64,000 bases of DNA from an uncultured Verrucomicrobiae bacterium (GTDB taxonomy: Bacteria; Verrucomicrobiota; Verrucomicrobiia; Chthoniobacterales; Chthoniobacteraceae), in the NCBI GenBank assembly GCA_963828525.1, contig CAWHEP010000014.1, positions 32,001-96,000 of the forward strand, written 5' to 3'. The notes below the pieces were generated by a model. The model was not told where the DNA came from, searched no databases, and saw nothing but the letters and a program-made list of their open reading frames with translations. The translations under genes and the position numbers were made by a program. This document shows positions 27,433-38,535 of this stretch, in pieces (position 1 is the stretch's first letter; each line of letters begins with the position of its first letter).

Positions 27433-28356
27433 ATGCGAGCGACAAAATGCGGGCCGTTTCTAGGCGGTATCCTCGAGCGGGCGGAAGCCGACCTCGCAAG
27501 GGCGCAGGCGGCGCTCCCGGAAAGTGACCTGCGTCGCCGACTGGATGACGCGCCTCCCGCCCGGTCGTTCTCCTCGGCGTTGCGCGCGGGTTTCGGGATC
27601 ATCGCCGAGATTAAGGAAAAGTCTCCAAGCGGGGGACCGATGATTCCGGAAAATGTAGCCGCCGCAGGGCGGGCGTTTGAGGAGAGCAGCGTAGTGAAGG
27701 CTATCTCCGTATTGACGAACCGTCACGACTTCGGGATGACGATACAGCGCCTTGAGCGCGCGAGGAAAGAGACCACGAAACCAATTCTCCGAAAGGACTT
27801 CATCTTTTCAGAATATCAGGTGCTGGAAGCGAGGGTCTTCGGCGCGGATGCCATCCTTCTGATGGCTAACATACTCGATAAAGATGAGCTGGTCCGCCTG
27901 GGAGGGCTTGCGTCCGAACTCGGGATGGATGTCCTGTTCGAGTCTCACAACCTGTCGGAGATCAGAAAGATTCCAGATAACGCGGTGGTGTTCGGCATCA
28001 ACTGCCGAAAACTGGACTCTAAAAACCCCCTTGGGAGTTATTTTGGATCGAGAGTGTTGAGGCGCGTCGGATTGTTCCGTGATCTGAGCATACAGGATGA
28101 ACCTTTGAAGCTGGTGGATCAACTGCCGCATGACTCTGTCAAAGTCGCCGAGAGCGGAATCACACCCGGTAAGATTGCGGCTATCAGGGATGTTCATAAG
28201 TTCGACGCCGCTCTCATAGGGAACGCGTTGCTGCTTGCCAAGGAGGGCGTGGTCAAGAAGTTGGCGGAGTTTGAGGACGCGTTGGCGGCGCGTGAAGAAT
28301 GTCCGAGCGAGCGGCGAACGGGCGGCGTCGAATCGGCTGCGCGTTTGCTACTGTGA
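27433..28356 (+). CDS. trpC: Indole-3-glycerol phosphate synthase
   Basis: IIAEIKEKSPS, ISVLT, PILRKDF, GADAILL, VAESGI, LIGNALL. Confidence 0.88.
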   Translation: MRATKCGPFLGGILERAEADLARAQAALPESDLRRRLDDAPPARSFSSALRAGFGIIAEIKEKSPSGGPMIPENVAAAGRAFEESSVVKAISVLTNRHDFGMTIQRLERARKETTKPILRKDFIFSEYQVLEARVFGADAILLMANILDKDELVRLGGLASELGMDVLFESHNLSEIRKIPDNAVVFGINCRKLDSKNPLGSYFGSRVLRRVGLFRDLSIQDEPLKLVDQLPHDSVKVAESGITPGKIAAIRDVHKFDAALIGNALLLAKEGVVKKLAEFEDALAAREECPSERRTGGVESAARLLL

Positions 28357-28386
28357 AGAGGGTTACTTAGGCGACCCGGCTTTCCC

Positions 28387-30063
28387 ATGGCCTACACTCT
28401 TGGAATCGACTTCGGCACGAATAGCGTCAGAGCTCTGTTAGTCGATTGCGCGGATGGGAAAGAAGTTGGCACATTTGTCGTTAACTACCCGAGCGGCGAC
28501 GAGGGTGTCCTGCTTCATCCCAGCGATCCCCATGTGGCAAGGCAGAATCCGGGAGATTACCTGTTTGGGCTGGAGGGATGCGTCCTGGGGGCACTTGCGC
28601 AAGCGGAGGGAAGTCCGGCATTTTCGGCGGCGGGAGTGATAGGAATCGGTGTCGATAGCACGGGATCCAGCCCCATCCCCGTCAATGAGGCGAATGTTCC
28701 CATCGCGTTCTCGGATGAATGGAAGGGCAATCTATCGGCGCAATGCTGGCTTTGGAAAGATCACACCAGCCACGCGGAGGCAGCAAAAATTACAGAAATC
28801 GCGGCGAGACATCGTCCGCAATACATTGCCAAATGCGGCAACACGTATTCGTCGGAATGGTTCTGGGCGAAGATATGGCACTGTCTAAACACAGCTCCCG
28901 ATGTTTTTGCCGCCGCCCATAGCTGGGTGGAACTCGCCGACTATATTCCATCGGTGCTTGGGGGCGTGACCGATCCGCTGCTAATCCGGCGAGGGATCTG
29001 CGCTGCCGGGCACAAAGCGCTCTACTCTGGAGAATGGGGCGGCCTGCCTGATGAAGAGTTTCTCGCGATGCTGAATCCGGAACTTGCAGCCCTGCGGGGC
29101 CGGCTTTACGCCGACGCCTTTGATGCCACGGAACCCGCTGGCTTTCTCTGCCCGGAATGGGCGCGGAAGCTAGGATTGCGGGCGGGGATACCCATCGCGA
29201 TCGGTGAGTTCGATGTTCATTACGGCGCGATCGGAAGTGGCATCCAGGAAGGCGTCCTGGTGAAAGCCATTGGAACTTCGACGTGTGATTGCTGTGTCGT
29301 TCCAGTCGGCAAACAGGTCATCGACATTCCCGGCATCTGCGGCATCGTGAACGGATCGATCCTGCCTGGCTTTTATGGTATCGAAGCCGGACAATCCGCG
29401 GTGGGCGACATTTTCAAATGGTGGGTTCAGGGCATTTGCGGAGGAGATGCTTCCCTGCACACGCATTTGGCAGAGCAGGCGCGCGAGCAAAAACCCGGAC
29501 AAGCGGGCTTGCTCGCGTTGGATTGGAACAACGGCAATCGCACGGTCCTGGTGAACCCGATGCTGACGGGGCTGCTCCTGGGACAGACCCTCCATACGAC
29601 GCGCGCGGAGATTTATCGCGCCCTGGTCGAGGCTACCGCCTTTGGAGCGCGAGTGATCATCGAGCGCCTGGAGGAGTATGGAGTACGCATCGATTATATT
29701 GTCTGCTGCGGAGGCATTGCTGAAAGGAACCCTTTCCTCATGCAGATCTATGCCGACGTAACGGGACGCGCGATGCGGGTCGCCGGATCGCCACAAGCTT
29801 GCGCTCTGGGCGGCGCCGTCGCAGCCGCAGTGCTGGCGGGCTCCGAGGCCGGTGGACACCCCGACTTTCCCACCGCGCAGGCGGTGATGACTTCGCTGAA
29901 GCCCGAGACATGGACGCCAAATCCTGAAAACAAACGGGTTTACGATCGCATCTATGCGTTGTACCTAAAACTGCATGACGCGTTCGGGTGGTCGCAAACG
30001 TCCGCCGATTTATCACGCATCATGCGTGACCTGATCCTTCTTCGACAGGAGCAGAACGCCTAA
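28387..30063 (+). CDS. araB: Ribulokinase (FGGY family)
   Basis: GIDFGTNSVR, LWKDHT, YSSEWFWAK, EAGQSAVGD, LDWNNGNR, EATAFG. Confidence 0.92.
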   Translation: MAYTLGIDFGTNSVRALLVDCADGKEVGTFVVNYPSGDEGVLLHPSDPHVARQNPGDYLFGLEGCVLGALAQAEGSPAFSAAGVIGIGVDSTGSSPIPVNEANVPIAFSDEWKGNLSAQCWLWKDHTSHAEAAKITEIAARHRPQYIAKCGNTYSSEWFWAKIWHCLNTAPDVFAAAHSWVELADYIPSVLGGVTDPLLIRRGICAAGHKALYSGEWGGLPDEEFLAMLNPELAALRGRLYADAFDATEPAGFLCPEWARKLGLRAGIPIAIGEFDVHYGAIGSGIQEGVLVKAIGTSTCDCCVVPVGKQVIDIPGICGIVNGSILPGFYGIEAGQSAVGDIFKWWVQGICGGDASLHTHLAEQAREQKPGQAGLLALDWNNGNRTVLVNPMLTGLLLGQTLHTTRAEIYRALVEATAFGARVIIERLEEYGVRIDYIVCCGGIAERNPFLMQIYADVTGRAMRVAGSPQACALGGAVAAAVLAGSEAGGHPDFPTAQAVMTSLKPETWTPNPENKRVYDRIYALYLKLHDAFGWSQTSADLSRIMRDLILLRQEQNA

Positions 30064-30084
30064 CCCCCACAAAACGACCACAGA

Positions 30085-31582
30085 ATGCATCTACCGCCAG
30101 GAATCTACTCACCCGAAGTTAAACTCGGCCTTGTTTCCGCTTCGAGGAACTGCTTCCCGCGCGCTCTTTCGGAGGAGCGAACCGAGCGTTTATTGAAGGC
30201 CTGCAGCGAAGCCGGTCTGCATCCGCTTACACCGATCGGCGAAAGCCGGATCATCGAGACGAAGGATCACGCGAGAGAGGCCGCCCGGCAGTTGATGGAA
30301 GCTGGCTGCGACGCGGTAGTGTTCTTCCTGGGTAACTTCTCTCCGGAGATCGAGGATGCCTGTTTCATTAAGGCTTTCAGCGGTCCCGTGATGATGCTGG
30401 CCGCTGCCGAAGAGTCGGGCGCGAGTTTGCTCCAAAAGCGCGGGGATGCCCTGTGCGGACTGCTTTCCGCCGCGCTCGGAGTCAGCAAGCGGGGCTTGCT
30501 GGGGAAAGTGCATATCCCGGAGTGCCCGGTCGTGAGCGCCGAAGAAGGAGTTCGCGAGATCGCGCATTTCACAACGGTTGTCAAAGTGGTGAAAGGCACG
30601 AGGAACGCCACTGTAGGGCTTTTCGGGCCGCGCCCTCGCGATTTTGAGACATGCAACTATAACCTCGCGTCGGTAAACTCCATTGGAGTTGAAGTGGAGG
30701 AATTTGGATTGTTCGACCTCCAGAACGAGATTCGAGCGATTAAGGAAAAAGAGGACACAGCCCTCATCAGGGAAGACATGAAGAAGGAGATGCCCAGCAT
30801 CCCCGATGAGGAATTTGCGGGGCGGCTTTCGGCGTATGAGCAAGCTATCAGGAACTTCCGGGATCGGCTGAAGCTTTCGGGCATCGCGACGCAGTGCTGG
30901 TCCGAACAGGAGTTCAGCCTGAAGCATGTGCCTTGTTTCATAAACGGGCGCATGGCGGCTGCTGGTTTTCCCATCGCGTGCGAGAACGACTGTTATTCCC
31001 TCATCGCCGAGCTGTTGGGGCAGTACGCGTCAGACCACACGGTCACCATCCTGGACATCAACCATAGCATCCCAAAGGATTTGCATGAAAGCCTGAAGAG
31101 CTACCCCATCCGGGATATGGTGGGGATGTTCCACTGCGGCAACACTTCAAGCACGCTGCTGAAGGGGGCGGAGATGAAGCATCAGGTCATAATGAAGCGC
31201 CTCATGGAACCGGATACCGCGCCTGATATCACGCGAGGGACAATTGAAGGCCAGATCGCAGGATCCCCGATCACGGTTCTGCAAGTGCATGGCGTTGGCG
31301 ATCAGATGCGGGCCTACATTTGCGAGGGCCACTTCCTTGACCTGGATCCAAAGACCTTCGGCTGCACGGGGACGGCTTATCTCCCGGGGTTCAGCCGTTT
31401 CTACCGCCACGTGCTCCTTGGGCGTTTTCATCATCACGCCGCCGTGGCCTTCACTCACTGCGGCGCGGCCTTGTTCGACGCGTTCAAACTTCTTGGCTTT
31501 GCGGAGGTGTTCACTCCGTTGCCCGATTGCGCCGCCTTACCCTGGCGAAAACGTATTCCGAAGCGGTCTGCTTTCGAAGTAG
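30085..31582 (+). CDS. L-fucose/L-arabinose isomerase-family protein, frameshifted near 31525
   Basis: LGNFSPE, RGDALCG, QCW, ACEND, FHCGN, FHHHAAVAF; C-terminus PYPGENVF in alternative frame ending 31582. Confidence 0.8.
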
Positions 31583-31592
31583 CCTTCAATCC

Positions 31593-32294
31593 ATGGTTTA
31601 CGACGATCTCAAGAGTGAATGCTTCGAAGCGAACCTTCTCCTTCCAGAGTTCAAGCTGGTGGATCTCACGTTTGGCAACGTGAGTGTGGGCGACGCTGAC
31701 CTGGGCGTGTTCGCGATCAAGCCGAGTGGCGTGAGCTACAAAGCGCTGAAAGCCAGGGACATGGTTGTTGTGGATCTCGAGGGGAGGGTGGTTGAAGGCA
31801 GCCTGCGGCCCTCATCGGACACACCCACCCACATGAGGCTATTCCAGGCATTCACCGGGATCCGGTCGGTGGCGCATACGCACTCACGGAACGCAGTGGC
31901 CTTCGCCCAAGCGGGCCGGGGTATTCCGTGCTTCGGAACCACCCACGCGGACTACTTTCCTGGAGAGGTTCCCGTCACGCGGCTCCTGACGGCGAGTGAG
32001 ATCGAGGCCGGCTACGAATTAGAGACGGCGAACGTCATCGTGGAATGCTTCAAAGGGCGCGATCCCCTTGAAACCCGCGCCGTGCTTGTTCAAGGACATG
32101 GCCCCTTTGTGTGGGGTGTTTCGGGCGCGAAGGCGGTGGAGACGGCATTGGCGCTGGAGATTGTCGCTGAGATGGCGATCAAGACGATCCAGCTCAACCC
32201 CTTGGCGTTGTCAATTCCGGAGGAATTGATGAGAAAGCATCACAGCCGCAAACACGGCGCGGATGCGACCTACGGGCAGCGAGGAATGTCTTAA
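31593..32294 (+). CDS. araD: L-ribulose-5-phosphate 4-epimerase
   Basis: TFGNVS, IKPSG, PSSDTPTH, HTHS, GTTHADYF, RKHG..YGQ. Confidence 0.93.
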   Translation: MVYDDLKSECFEANLLLPEFKLVDLTFGNVSVGDADLGVFAIKPSGVSYKALKARDMVVVDLEGRVVEGSLRPSSDTPTHMRLFQAFTGIRSVAHTHSRNAVAFAQAGRGIPCFGTTHADYFPGEVPVTRLLTASEIEAGYELETANVIVECFKGRDPLETRAVLVQGHGPFVWGVSGAKAVETALALEIVAEMAIKTIQLNPLALSIPEELMRKHHSRKHGADATYGQRGMS

Positions 32295-34288
32295 ACCCTG
32301 CCGAGAGCGGCGCGCATCTGAGCGAACCTGCTGCTGACTGATTCTGCCGCGACGGGCGTATTCATCAGCTTTTCGTACGTCACCTGTTCCACCGACTCGC
32401 CGGCAAGTTCCTTAATGAACGTGCTCGCGGTGCAAGGGGACGCGCTGCCGAATTTCATTCGGCTTCGGCAGTGGGTAAGAGTCAGCACCCGTTTCGCTCG
32501 TGTGATCCCCACGTATAAGAGGCGCCGCTCCTCATCGAGTGTGCCTTCTGCTTTGGAGCGATCATGCGGCAGGAGACCCTCCTCAAGGCCGATGAGATAG
32601 ACATAGCCGAACTCCAGACCCTTGGCGGCATGCATTGTGATGAGGGTAACGCCCGCGGAATCATCCTTTTTTTCCTCCTCCCGGCTTCTATCCAGATCGA
32701 CCTCGTCCAGAAATCCGCGGAGACCTCCTGTCTCGCGTCCCTCATAGCGGGCGAGCGCGTCGATCATGTCCCGGACGTTTGACTCCCGGCTCAATGCTTC
32801 TTCAGGCGTTTTGCAACTGCGCTTCAGGTCTTCGTAGTAGCCGACCTCTTCCATGAGGGCGCTTAGAATAGGCGACGCGTTCACGAGAGGGGTGTTCACC
32901 CTTGTCTCATAGTCATCCAGCAGAGTCATGAACCGGGAAACAAAGTCCGCGGCGCGTTTTGGGAGCGCGTTCAAAAAATCAGGCCTGCGGAGCGCTTCGA
33001 ACAGGCTGCATTTCTCCTGCATGCTCAATTCCAGCGCGCGCTCGGTTGTCAGGGGACTGATTCCACGCGCGGGTGTATTGATGATCCGCAGCAGCGCGAC
33101 GTCGTCATCCGCGTTCAAGAGGCACGTGGCGTATGCCAGCAGATCCTTTACCTCCCGCCGATCGAAAAAGCTCTTTCCTCCCACAAGCCTGTAGGGGATT
33201 TGCAGCCTCCGGAGATTCTCCTCAAGCAAACGCGATTGCGCGTTCATGCGGTAGAGCACAGCCACATCCTCCCACTTCAAGCCTTCCGAATCCTTGCGCC
33301 GCTCGATTTCTTCGATGATGAACGAAGCCTCGACCCGATCATCGGGCATCTGGATGCTGCGAATCTTTTCGCCTTCGCCGCTGGCGCTCCACAGCTTTTT
33401 GGCGTGCCTCCGCGGGTTGTTGCGTATGAGACGGTTCGCGGTCCCCAGAATCACATTCGTGCTCCGGTAGTTCTGCTCGAGTTTAACTACGGATGGATTT
33501 GGGAAATGCTTTTCAAAATCCAGGATGTTCGACGCCTCCGCGCCGCGCCACCCGTAGATGCTCTGATCATCGTCACCCACCACGCAGATGTTTCGTTCGG
33601 CCGCCGTGAGCAGGCCCACCATATCGAGTTGCAGCTTGTTCGTGTCCTGGAACTCGTCAACCATGACGTGGCCGAAACGCTGCTGCCAATGCGCCCGCGC
33701 GTCTTCATGCTCGCGTAGAAGACGCACCGTGAGCACGAGCAGGTCATCGAAATCCAACGCGTTCTTCGCTTTCAGCTCCTGCTGGTATTTGGCGTAAACA
33801 GCGCCTGCCAGCGTTTGCTCGTTCGCGGCGCCTTCCAGTCCGAGGTTCTTCGCCTTGCTGATCAGGTTCTTCGCGAGATGCGGATCGAGTTTTTCATCCC
33901 GCGCAGCAGTCCGCGTGATGATCTTTTTGATGAGGCCAAGCTGCTCCGATTCATCGTAGATGCTGAAGTTGTTTTTGTACCCCAGCTTGTCAATATGCTG
34001 CCGCAAGATGCGCAGGCATAAGGCGTGAAACGTGGACATGGTCACTTTCTTCGCTTCTGCCGGTTCCACCATCGCTTTAAGCCGCTCGCGCATCTCGTTG
34101 GCCGCCTTGTTGGTGAACGTCAGCGCGAGGATCCGCCCCGAGTCAAAACCCTGGGCAATCAAAAATGCCACGCGGGAGGTGATGACTCGGGTTTTGCCGG
34201 TGCCAGCGCCGGCAAGGATCAAAACCGGCCCGGAGGTCGTTCGAACCGCCCTTTCCTGCTCGGGGTTTAGATCGAAGAGGCGCAGCAC
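32291..34288 (-). CDS. UvrD/Rep/PcrA ATP-dependent helicase
   Basis: LAGAGTGKT, VDEFQD, VGDDDQSIY, LEQNYRS, HAAKGLEF, LYVGITRA. Confidence 0.95.
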   Translation of the reverse strand: MLRLFDLNPEQERAVRTTSGPVLILAGAGTGKTRVITSRVAFLIAQGFDSGRILALTFTNKAANEMRERLKAMVEPAEAKKVTMSTFHALCLRILRQHIDKLGYKNNFSIYDESEQLGLIKKIITRTAARDEKLDPHLAKNLISKAKNLGLEGAANEQTLAGAVYAKYQQELKAKNALDFDDLLVLTVRLLREHEDARAHWQQRFGHVMVDEFQDTNKLQLDMVGLLTAAERNICVVGDDDQSIYGWRGAEASNILDFEKHFPNPSVVKLEQNYRSTNVILGTANRLIRNNPRRHAKKLWSASGEGEKIRSIQMPDDRVEASFIIEEIERRKDSEGLKWEDVAVLYRMNAQSRLLEENLRRLQIPYRLVGGKSFFDRREVKDLLAYATCLLNADDDVALLRIINTPARGISPLTTERALELSMQEKCSLFEALRRPDFLNALPKRAADFVSRFMTLLDDYETRVNTPLVNASPILSALMEEVGYYEDLKRSCKTPEEALSRESNVRDMIDALARYEGRETGGLRGFLDEVDLDRSREEEKKDDSAGVTLITMHAAKGLEFGYVYLIGLEEGLLPHDRSKAEGTLDEERRLLYVGITRAKRVLTLTHCRSRMKFGSASPCTASTFIKELAGESVEQVTYEKLMNTPVAAESVSSRFAQMRAALGRV

Positions 34289-34291
34289 GGG

Positions 34292-35377
34292 TTATGAGAT
34301 CGCCAGAATGTGGCTGCGGAGTGAATCAATCACTTCCGGGTAGAGAATGTGTTCCGCACCCTGGATGCGAGCGTGCAACGTTTCCGGCGTGTCCGCTTCG
34401 AGAATGGGCACTTCACGCTGCGCGATGATCTCGCCGCTATCAATGCCCGCATCCACGTAATGGACTGTGCATCCTGTGATCTTTTCACCACTGATAAGCG
34501 CCTGTCGCCAGGCTTCCAATCCTGGAAACTTTGGAAGCAGCGAAGGGTGGATATTGATGATCCTCCGTGGAAACGCGTTCAGAAGAGGGGCTTTCACCAG
34601 CCGCATAAAACCCGCCAGCACCACCAGATCCACTTCTTGCTCTCGGAGAATCTTCAGCAGCTCCTGTTCGGCCTCGGGTTCCAGCTTTGTTCGAAATCGA
34701 CCGGGAGGAATGAACCGCGCTGTAATCCCGTAGCTTTCAGCCAAGGCGAGAATCGGCGCGGTTTTGCAGTCCGAGATCACCACTCGCGTTTCCGCGTTCA
34801 GGGCTCCCCGGGCGATCTCCGCCTGGATCGCCTGAAAATTGGACCCCTTGCCAGATCCCAAAACGCCGAGGCGCAGCGGCCTGGGCGCCGCTGCAGCGCC
34901 GCCCGCCTGCCTGAGGAGCGTCACTGTGGTGGATCTTCCCGGCACGAGCGGCAGGATTCGAATCTCACACCCAGCCCTGGCAAGTTCCTCGCGTTCCTCG
35001 GCATCCAGCGTATCCGCAGTGTAGTCGCCGCCCTTTACATAGATGTGTGGGCGCACCTCTCTGAGAATTCTTGTCGCGCGGACCTCCGGGAAGATCGTGA
35101 CGTATCCGACACATTCCAAGGCGCAAAGCACCTCGGCCCTGTCGCGCTCTGGATTGACGGGGCGTCCTTCGCCCTTCAGAGATCGAACCGACGCGTCCCC
35201 ATTCAGGCCGACGGCGAGGACGCCGCCGAGCGCGCGGGCCTGTTCCAGGTAACGCGCGTGCCCAGCATGGAACACGTCGAAGCAGCCATTCGTGAAAACA
35301 AGGCGCTCTCCTCGCGACGCGAGTTCGTCGCGGAGAATGCTCAGTTCGTGGTTTGATTTAAGCTTGGAGAGAGGCAA
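34292..35377 (-). CDS. purN: Fusion of RfaE domain II-type nucleotidyltransferase and phosphoribosylglycinamide formyltransferase
   Basis: TNGCFDVFHAGH, VKGGDY, GRSTT then LGSGKGSNF, LAGFM, NIHPSLLP, GCTVHYVDAGIDSG. Confidence 0.9.
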   Translation of the reverse strand: MPLSKLKSNHELSILRDELASRGERLVFTNGCFDVFHAGHARYLEQARALGGVLAVGLNGDASVRSLKGEGRPVNPERDRAEVLCALECVGYVTIFPEVRATRILREVRPHIYVKGGDYTADTLDAEEREELARAGCEIRILPLVPGRSTTVTLLRQAGGAAAAPRPLRLGVLGSGKGSNFQAIQAEIARGALNAETRVVISDCKTAPILALAESYGITARFIPPGRFRTKLEPEAEQELLKILREQEVDLVVLAGFMRLVKAPLLNAFPRRIINIHPSLLPKFPGLEAWRQALISGEKITGCTVHYVDAGIDSGEIIAQREVPILEADTPETLHARIQGAEHILYPEVIDSLRSHILAIS

Positions 35378-35509
35378 TGGACCGGATGGTGCAAGATTTA
35401 GGATGTAACAACTACCATTTTTTGCCAGACTGCGTAGCTCCAGTTTGTGATTTTCGCTGTGTCCGCGCGCAACCTCGCATGCTGATGTCCGCCAACTTTC
35501 CCTCTAAAA

Positions 35510-36622
35510 ATGCTCGCCGATTCCCGCCTCGATAAACTCGCGAAGATTCTCACCGGTTACTCCGTGGCTTTGAAGCAAGGAGACACCGTCCTTCTGGATA
35601 TGTACGATACGCCAGGGGAGATGGCTGTCGCCTTGATCCGCGCGACGCGCGCCTTGGGCGCGACTCCGTTCGTTCAGATCAACCAGGCTCGAATCGCGCG
35701 GGAACTCGCCCGCGAAGCGTTGGAGGAGCAGTACGCCACCATCGCCGGGTATGAACTGGCTCGCATGAAGAAAATGGATGCCTACATCGCCGTGCGAGGA
35801 GGATGGAATATAGCGGAGATGTCCGACGTTCCTGGCGACAAGATGAAGATCATCGCCAAAAAGCTGAAGCCGGTTCTCGACTATCGCGTCAAGAAAACCC
35901 GCTGGTGTGTACTCCGCTGGCCGACACCATCGATGTCACAACAAGCTGGGATGAGCACGGAACAATTCGAGGACTTCTTCTTTGATGTGTGCTCGCTTGA
36001 CTACGGCAGGATGCAACCCGGGATGCGGGCTTTAAAAGAGCTGATGGATAAAACCGATCTCGTCGAGATCAAGGGGGCGGGCACAGATTTGCGGTTCAGT
36101 ATCAAGGGCATCCCCGCTGTGTGCTGCGGGGGCACCTATAACATACCGGATGGGGAGGTGTTCACGGCTCCCGTGCGGAACTCTGTGCAGGGCCACATCT
36201 CTTTCAACGCGCCCTCCATCTACCAGGGTATTCCATTCGATAGCATCCGGTTTGAATTTCGGGATGGCCGTATTGTTGAGGCATCCGGCAACCAGCCGGT
36301 GAAGCTGGCCACAATCCTTGATTCCGATGCGGGAGCGCGCTACATCGGCGAATTCTCACTTGCCTTCAATCCGTATATCCTCCATCCGATCCGCGATATT
36401 TTGTTCGACGAGAAGATTTGCGGCTCCTTCCATTTTACTCCCGGACAGGCCTATGAGGAGGCAGACAATGGCAATCGGAGCCAGATCCACTGGGATCTCG
36501 TTTGCATCCAGCGGCCGGATTACGGAGGAGGCACGATAAGCTTCGATGGCAAAGTAGTCCGTGAAGACGGAGTATTCATCCCCAAAGCGCTGCGTTCCCT
36601 GAACGCGGAGAATCTCAAATAG
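35510..36622 (+). CDS. Aminopeptidase, M29 family
   Basis: [27 protein letters not shown]. Confidence 0.92.
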   Translation: MLADSRLDKLAKILTGYSVALKQGDTVLLDMYDTPGEMAVALIRATRALGATPFVQINQARIARELAREALEEQYATIAGYELARMKKMDAYIAVRGGWNIAEMSDVPGDKMKIIAKKLKPVLDYRVKKTRWCVLRWPTPSMSQQAGMSTEQFEDFFFDVCSLDYGRMQPGMRALKELMDKTDLVEIKGAGTDLRFSIKGIPAVCCGGTYNIPDGEVFTAPVRNSVQGHISFNAPSIYQGIPFDSIRFEFRDGRIVEASGNQPVKLATILDSDAGARYIGEFSLAFNPYILHPIRDILFDEKICGSFHFTPGQAYEEADNGNRSQIHWDLVCIQRPDYGGGTISFDGKVVREDGVFIPKALRSLNAENLK

Positions 36623-36655
36623 GCCTCACTTCCCCGAGCCAGGTCCGCCCCCACA

Positions 36656-38518
36656 ATGCTCAATCTTCTTAGGTCCAGCCCCTCACTGGATGATCTCCAG
36701 CGGCTGCTGGCTCAGTCTCAAGATCAGCCTTTGCTGCCTCGTCTTGGCGCTCCTGCCTGGCTGGAGGCCGCGTCGGATCCTTCCATCCAGAAATGGATCG
36801 ACCCTTTACGCCAACTGGCTCGCAAGGAAGTGGGCCGCCCGATGCCGCTGTTGACCGATGATCTTTACCGGGAATTCTACGCGACGGGCGCCAGAGCGGG
36901 GTTCGAGGCGGTTTATTTTGAGAGGCGCCGCATACTTGGACGCGCCGCCGTGTGCGCCCTCTTGGAAACGGATCGAGCCATGTGGGTGCCCTCCCTGGTT
37001 GCCAAGGTGAGGGAGATTCTGTCTGAGTTTTCGTGGGCGGGACCCGCGCATGTTAACTCACATTCCGGGAAAGATCCTTCTCGCATCGACATCTTCGCCG
37101 CGGAGACCGCGAACATGCTGGCGGAAATCGTCGATATGTTTCGGGAGGTTCTGCCCGAGGATATCGTGGGCGAAATTTACTGGAGGTTGCACACTCAGTT
37201 CTTTCTTAATTACCTCAACAGGCACGAAGATTTTGCCTGGACCCGGGAGTCAAATAACTGGAACGCCGTGTGCCACCAGGGCATCATAGGGGCCGCGCTG
37301 GCCGTGGAGGTTGACCTGGACATTGTGGCGAGGATGCTCTTGCTCGCAAAAAAATCGCTGCCTCTTTTCCTTCGTGGATTCGACGCGGACGGCGCGTGTC
37401 TGGAGGGCCCGGGCTATTGGCAGCACGGATTTGGAGCTTTCGCGAATCTGAATGCCCAGATCGAGGCGAGAACGGGGGGCGAACTCTCCCTTTTCGTAGG
37501 GGACGCGCATATCAGGCAGATCGCAAAATACGGCCCTCGCGTTTGCCTGGAGAATTTCCATCTGGTCAACTTTTCTGACAGCCCCAGGACCGGCGCGCTG
37601 AACCCCGCTTTGCTAACCTACCTTGGTTCCCGGTTGGTGGATGATCTCTGCCGCGCGCATGGATATAGGGCATACAAGCGCCTCAATAAAACGGGCATCA
37701 ATCTGCAAGCGCAGCGCGCTGATCTCACTTACCTGGCCCGACTCCTCCTGAACGCCCCGCGGGATTTATCACAAGACGTCCAGGTCGCGCGCGAGGACGT
37801 TTACTTCAAGGACACAGGCGTAATCGTCAGCCACGGACGGGATATCCGCGGCAATATGTGGGACTTCGCGGCAAAAGGGGGCAACAACGCCGAGCACCAC
37901 AACCATAACGATTGCGGCAGCTTCATCCTGAATATCAACGGCCATGCGTTTGCCATCGAGATAGGCGCGCCAGAATATACAAAGGAGTATCTGCGGGAAA
38001 AACGGTATCAATTCCTCGCGGCGCGCTCGCAGGGCCATTCCATTCCCATCATCAACGGGTTTGAGCAATCGGCCGGCCCGAAATACCTTGCGAAAGTCCT
38101 GAGCGCTGAAATTGGCAAAGAGCAGACGGAATTTTCTGTCGATCTCACGGCGTGCTACCCGTCAGAGGCGCATTGCAGCGAGGTGGTGCGCACTTTTCAG
38201 TTCGACAAGAAAAACGGGGAACTACGCGTGCGCGACTTTTATGAATTGTTTGAAGCAGAGTCGTTCGAGTCCGCTCTCATCGTGGATCAGGAGGTGACCA
38301 TACGGGACGCGGTCGCCTCTATTTCCCTTGGGGGCATGACTCTCTTGTGCCGCCCGTTTGGCGACACCATCATAAGTTCCGTCGAGGATCACGAATACCG
38401 GGACCACTCCGGCGTGAGCAGGAGGATAAAGCGCATCATTCTGAAGCCCTCGAAAATCGAGCGGCAGAATTTTGTCGGCTACGATCTCCTGCTGGCTGAG
38501 GCGGAGCCCGAAATCTAG
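36656..38518 (+). CDS. Heparinase II/III-family protein
   Basis: NNWNAVC, DGACLEGPGYW, NFSD, HNHNDCGSF; no signal peptide seen. Confidence 0.8.
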   Translation: MLNLLRSSPSLDDLQRLLAQSQDQPLLPRLGAPAWLEAASDPSIQKWIDPLRQLARKEVGRPMPLLTDDLYREFYATGARAGFEAVYFERRRILGRAAVCALLETDRAMWVPSLVAKVREILSEFSWAGPAHVNSHSGKDPSRIDIFAAETANMLAEIVDMFREVLPEDIVGEIYWRLHTQFFLNYLNRHEDFAWTRESNNWNAVCHQGIIGAALAVEVDLDIVARMLLLAKKSLPLFLRGFDADGACLEGPGYWQHGFGAFANLNAQIEARTGGELSLFVGDAHIRQIAKYGPRVCLENFHLVNFSDSPRTGALNPALLTYLGSRLVDDLCRAHGYRAYKRLNKTGINLQAQRADLTYLARLLLNAPRDLSQDVQVAREDVYFKDTGVIVSHGRDIRGNMWDFAAKGGNNAEHHNHNDCGSFILNINGHAFAIEIGAPEYTKEYLREKRYQFLAARSQGHSIPIINGFEQSAGPKYLAKVLSAEIGKEQTEFSVDLTACYPSEAHCSEVVRTFQFDKKNGELRVRDFYELFEAESFESALIVDQEVTIRDAVASISLGGMTLLCRPFGDTIISSVEDHEYRDHSGVSRRIKRIILKPSKIERQNFVGYDLLLAEAEPEI

Positions 38519-38535
38519 AGCCGTAATCTTTGGCT

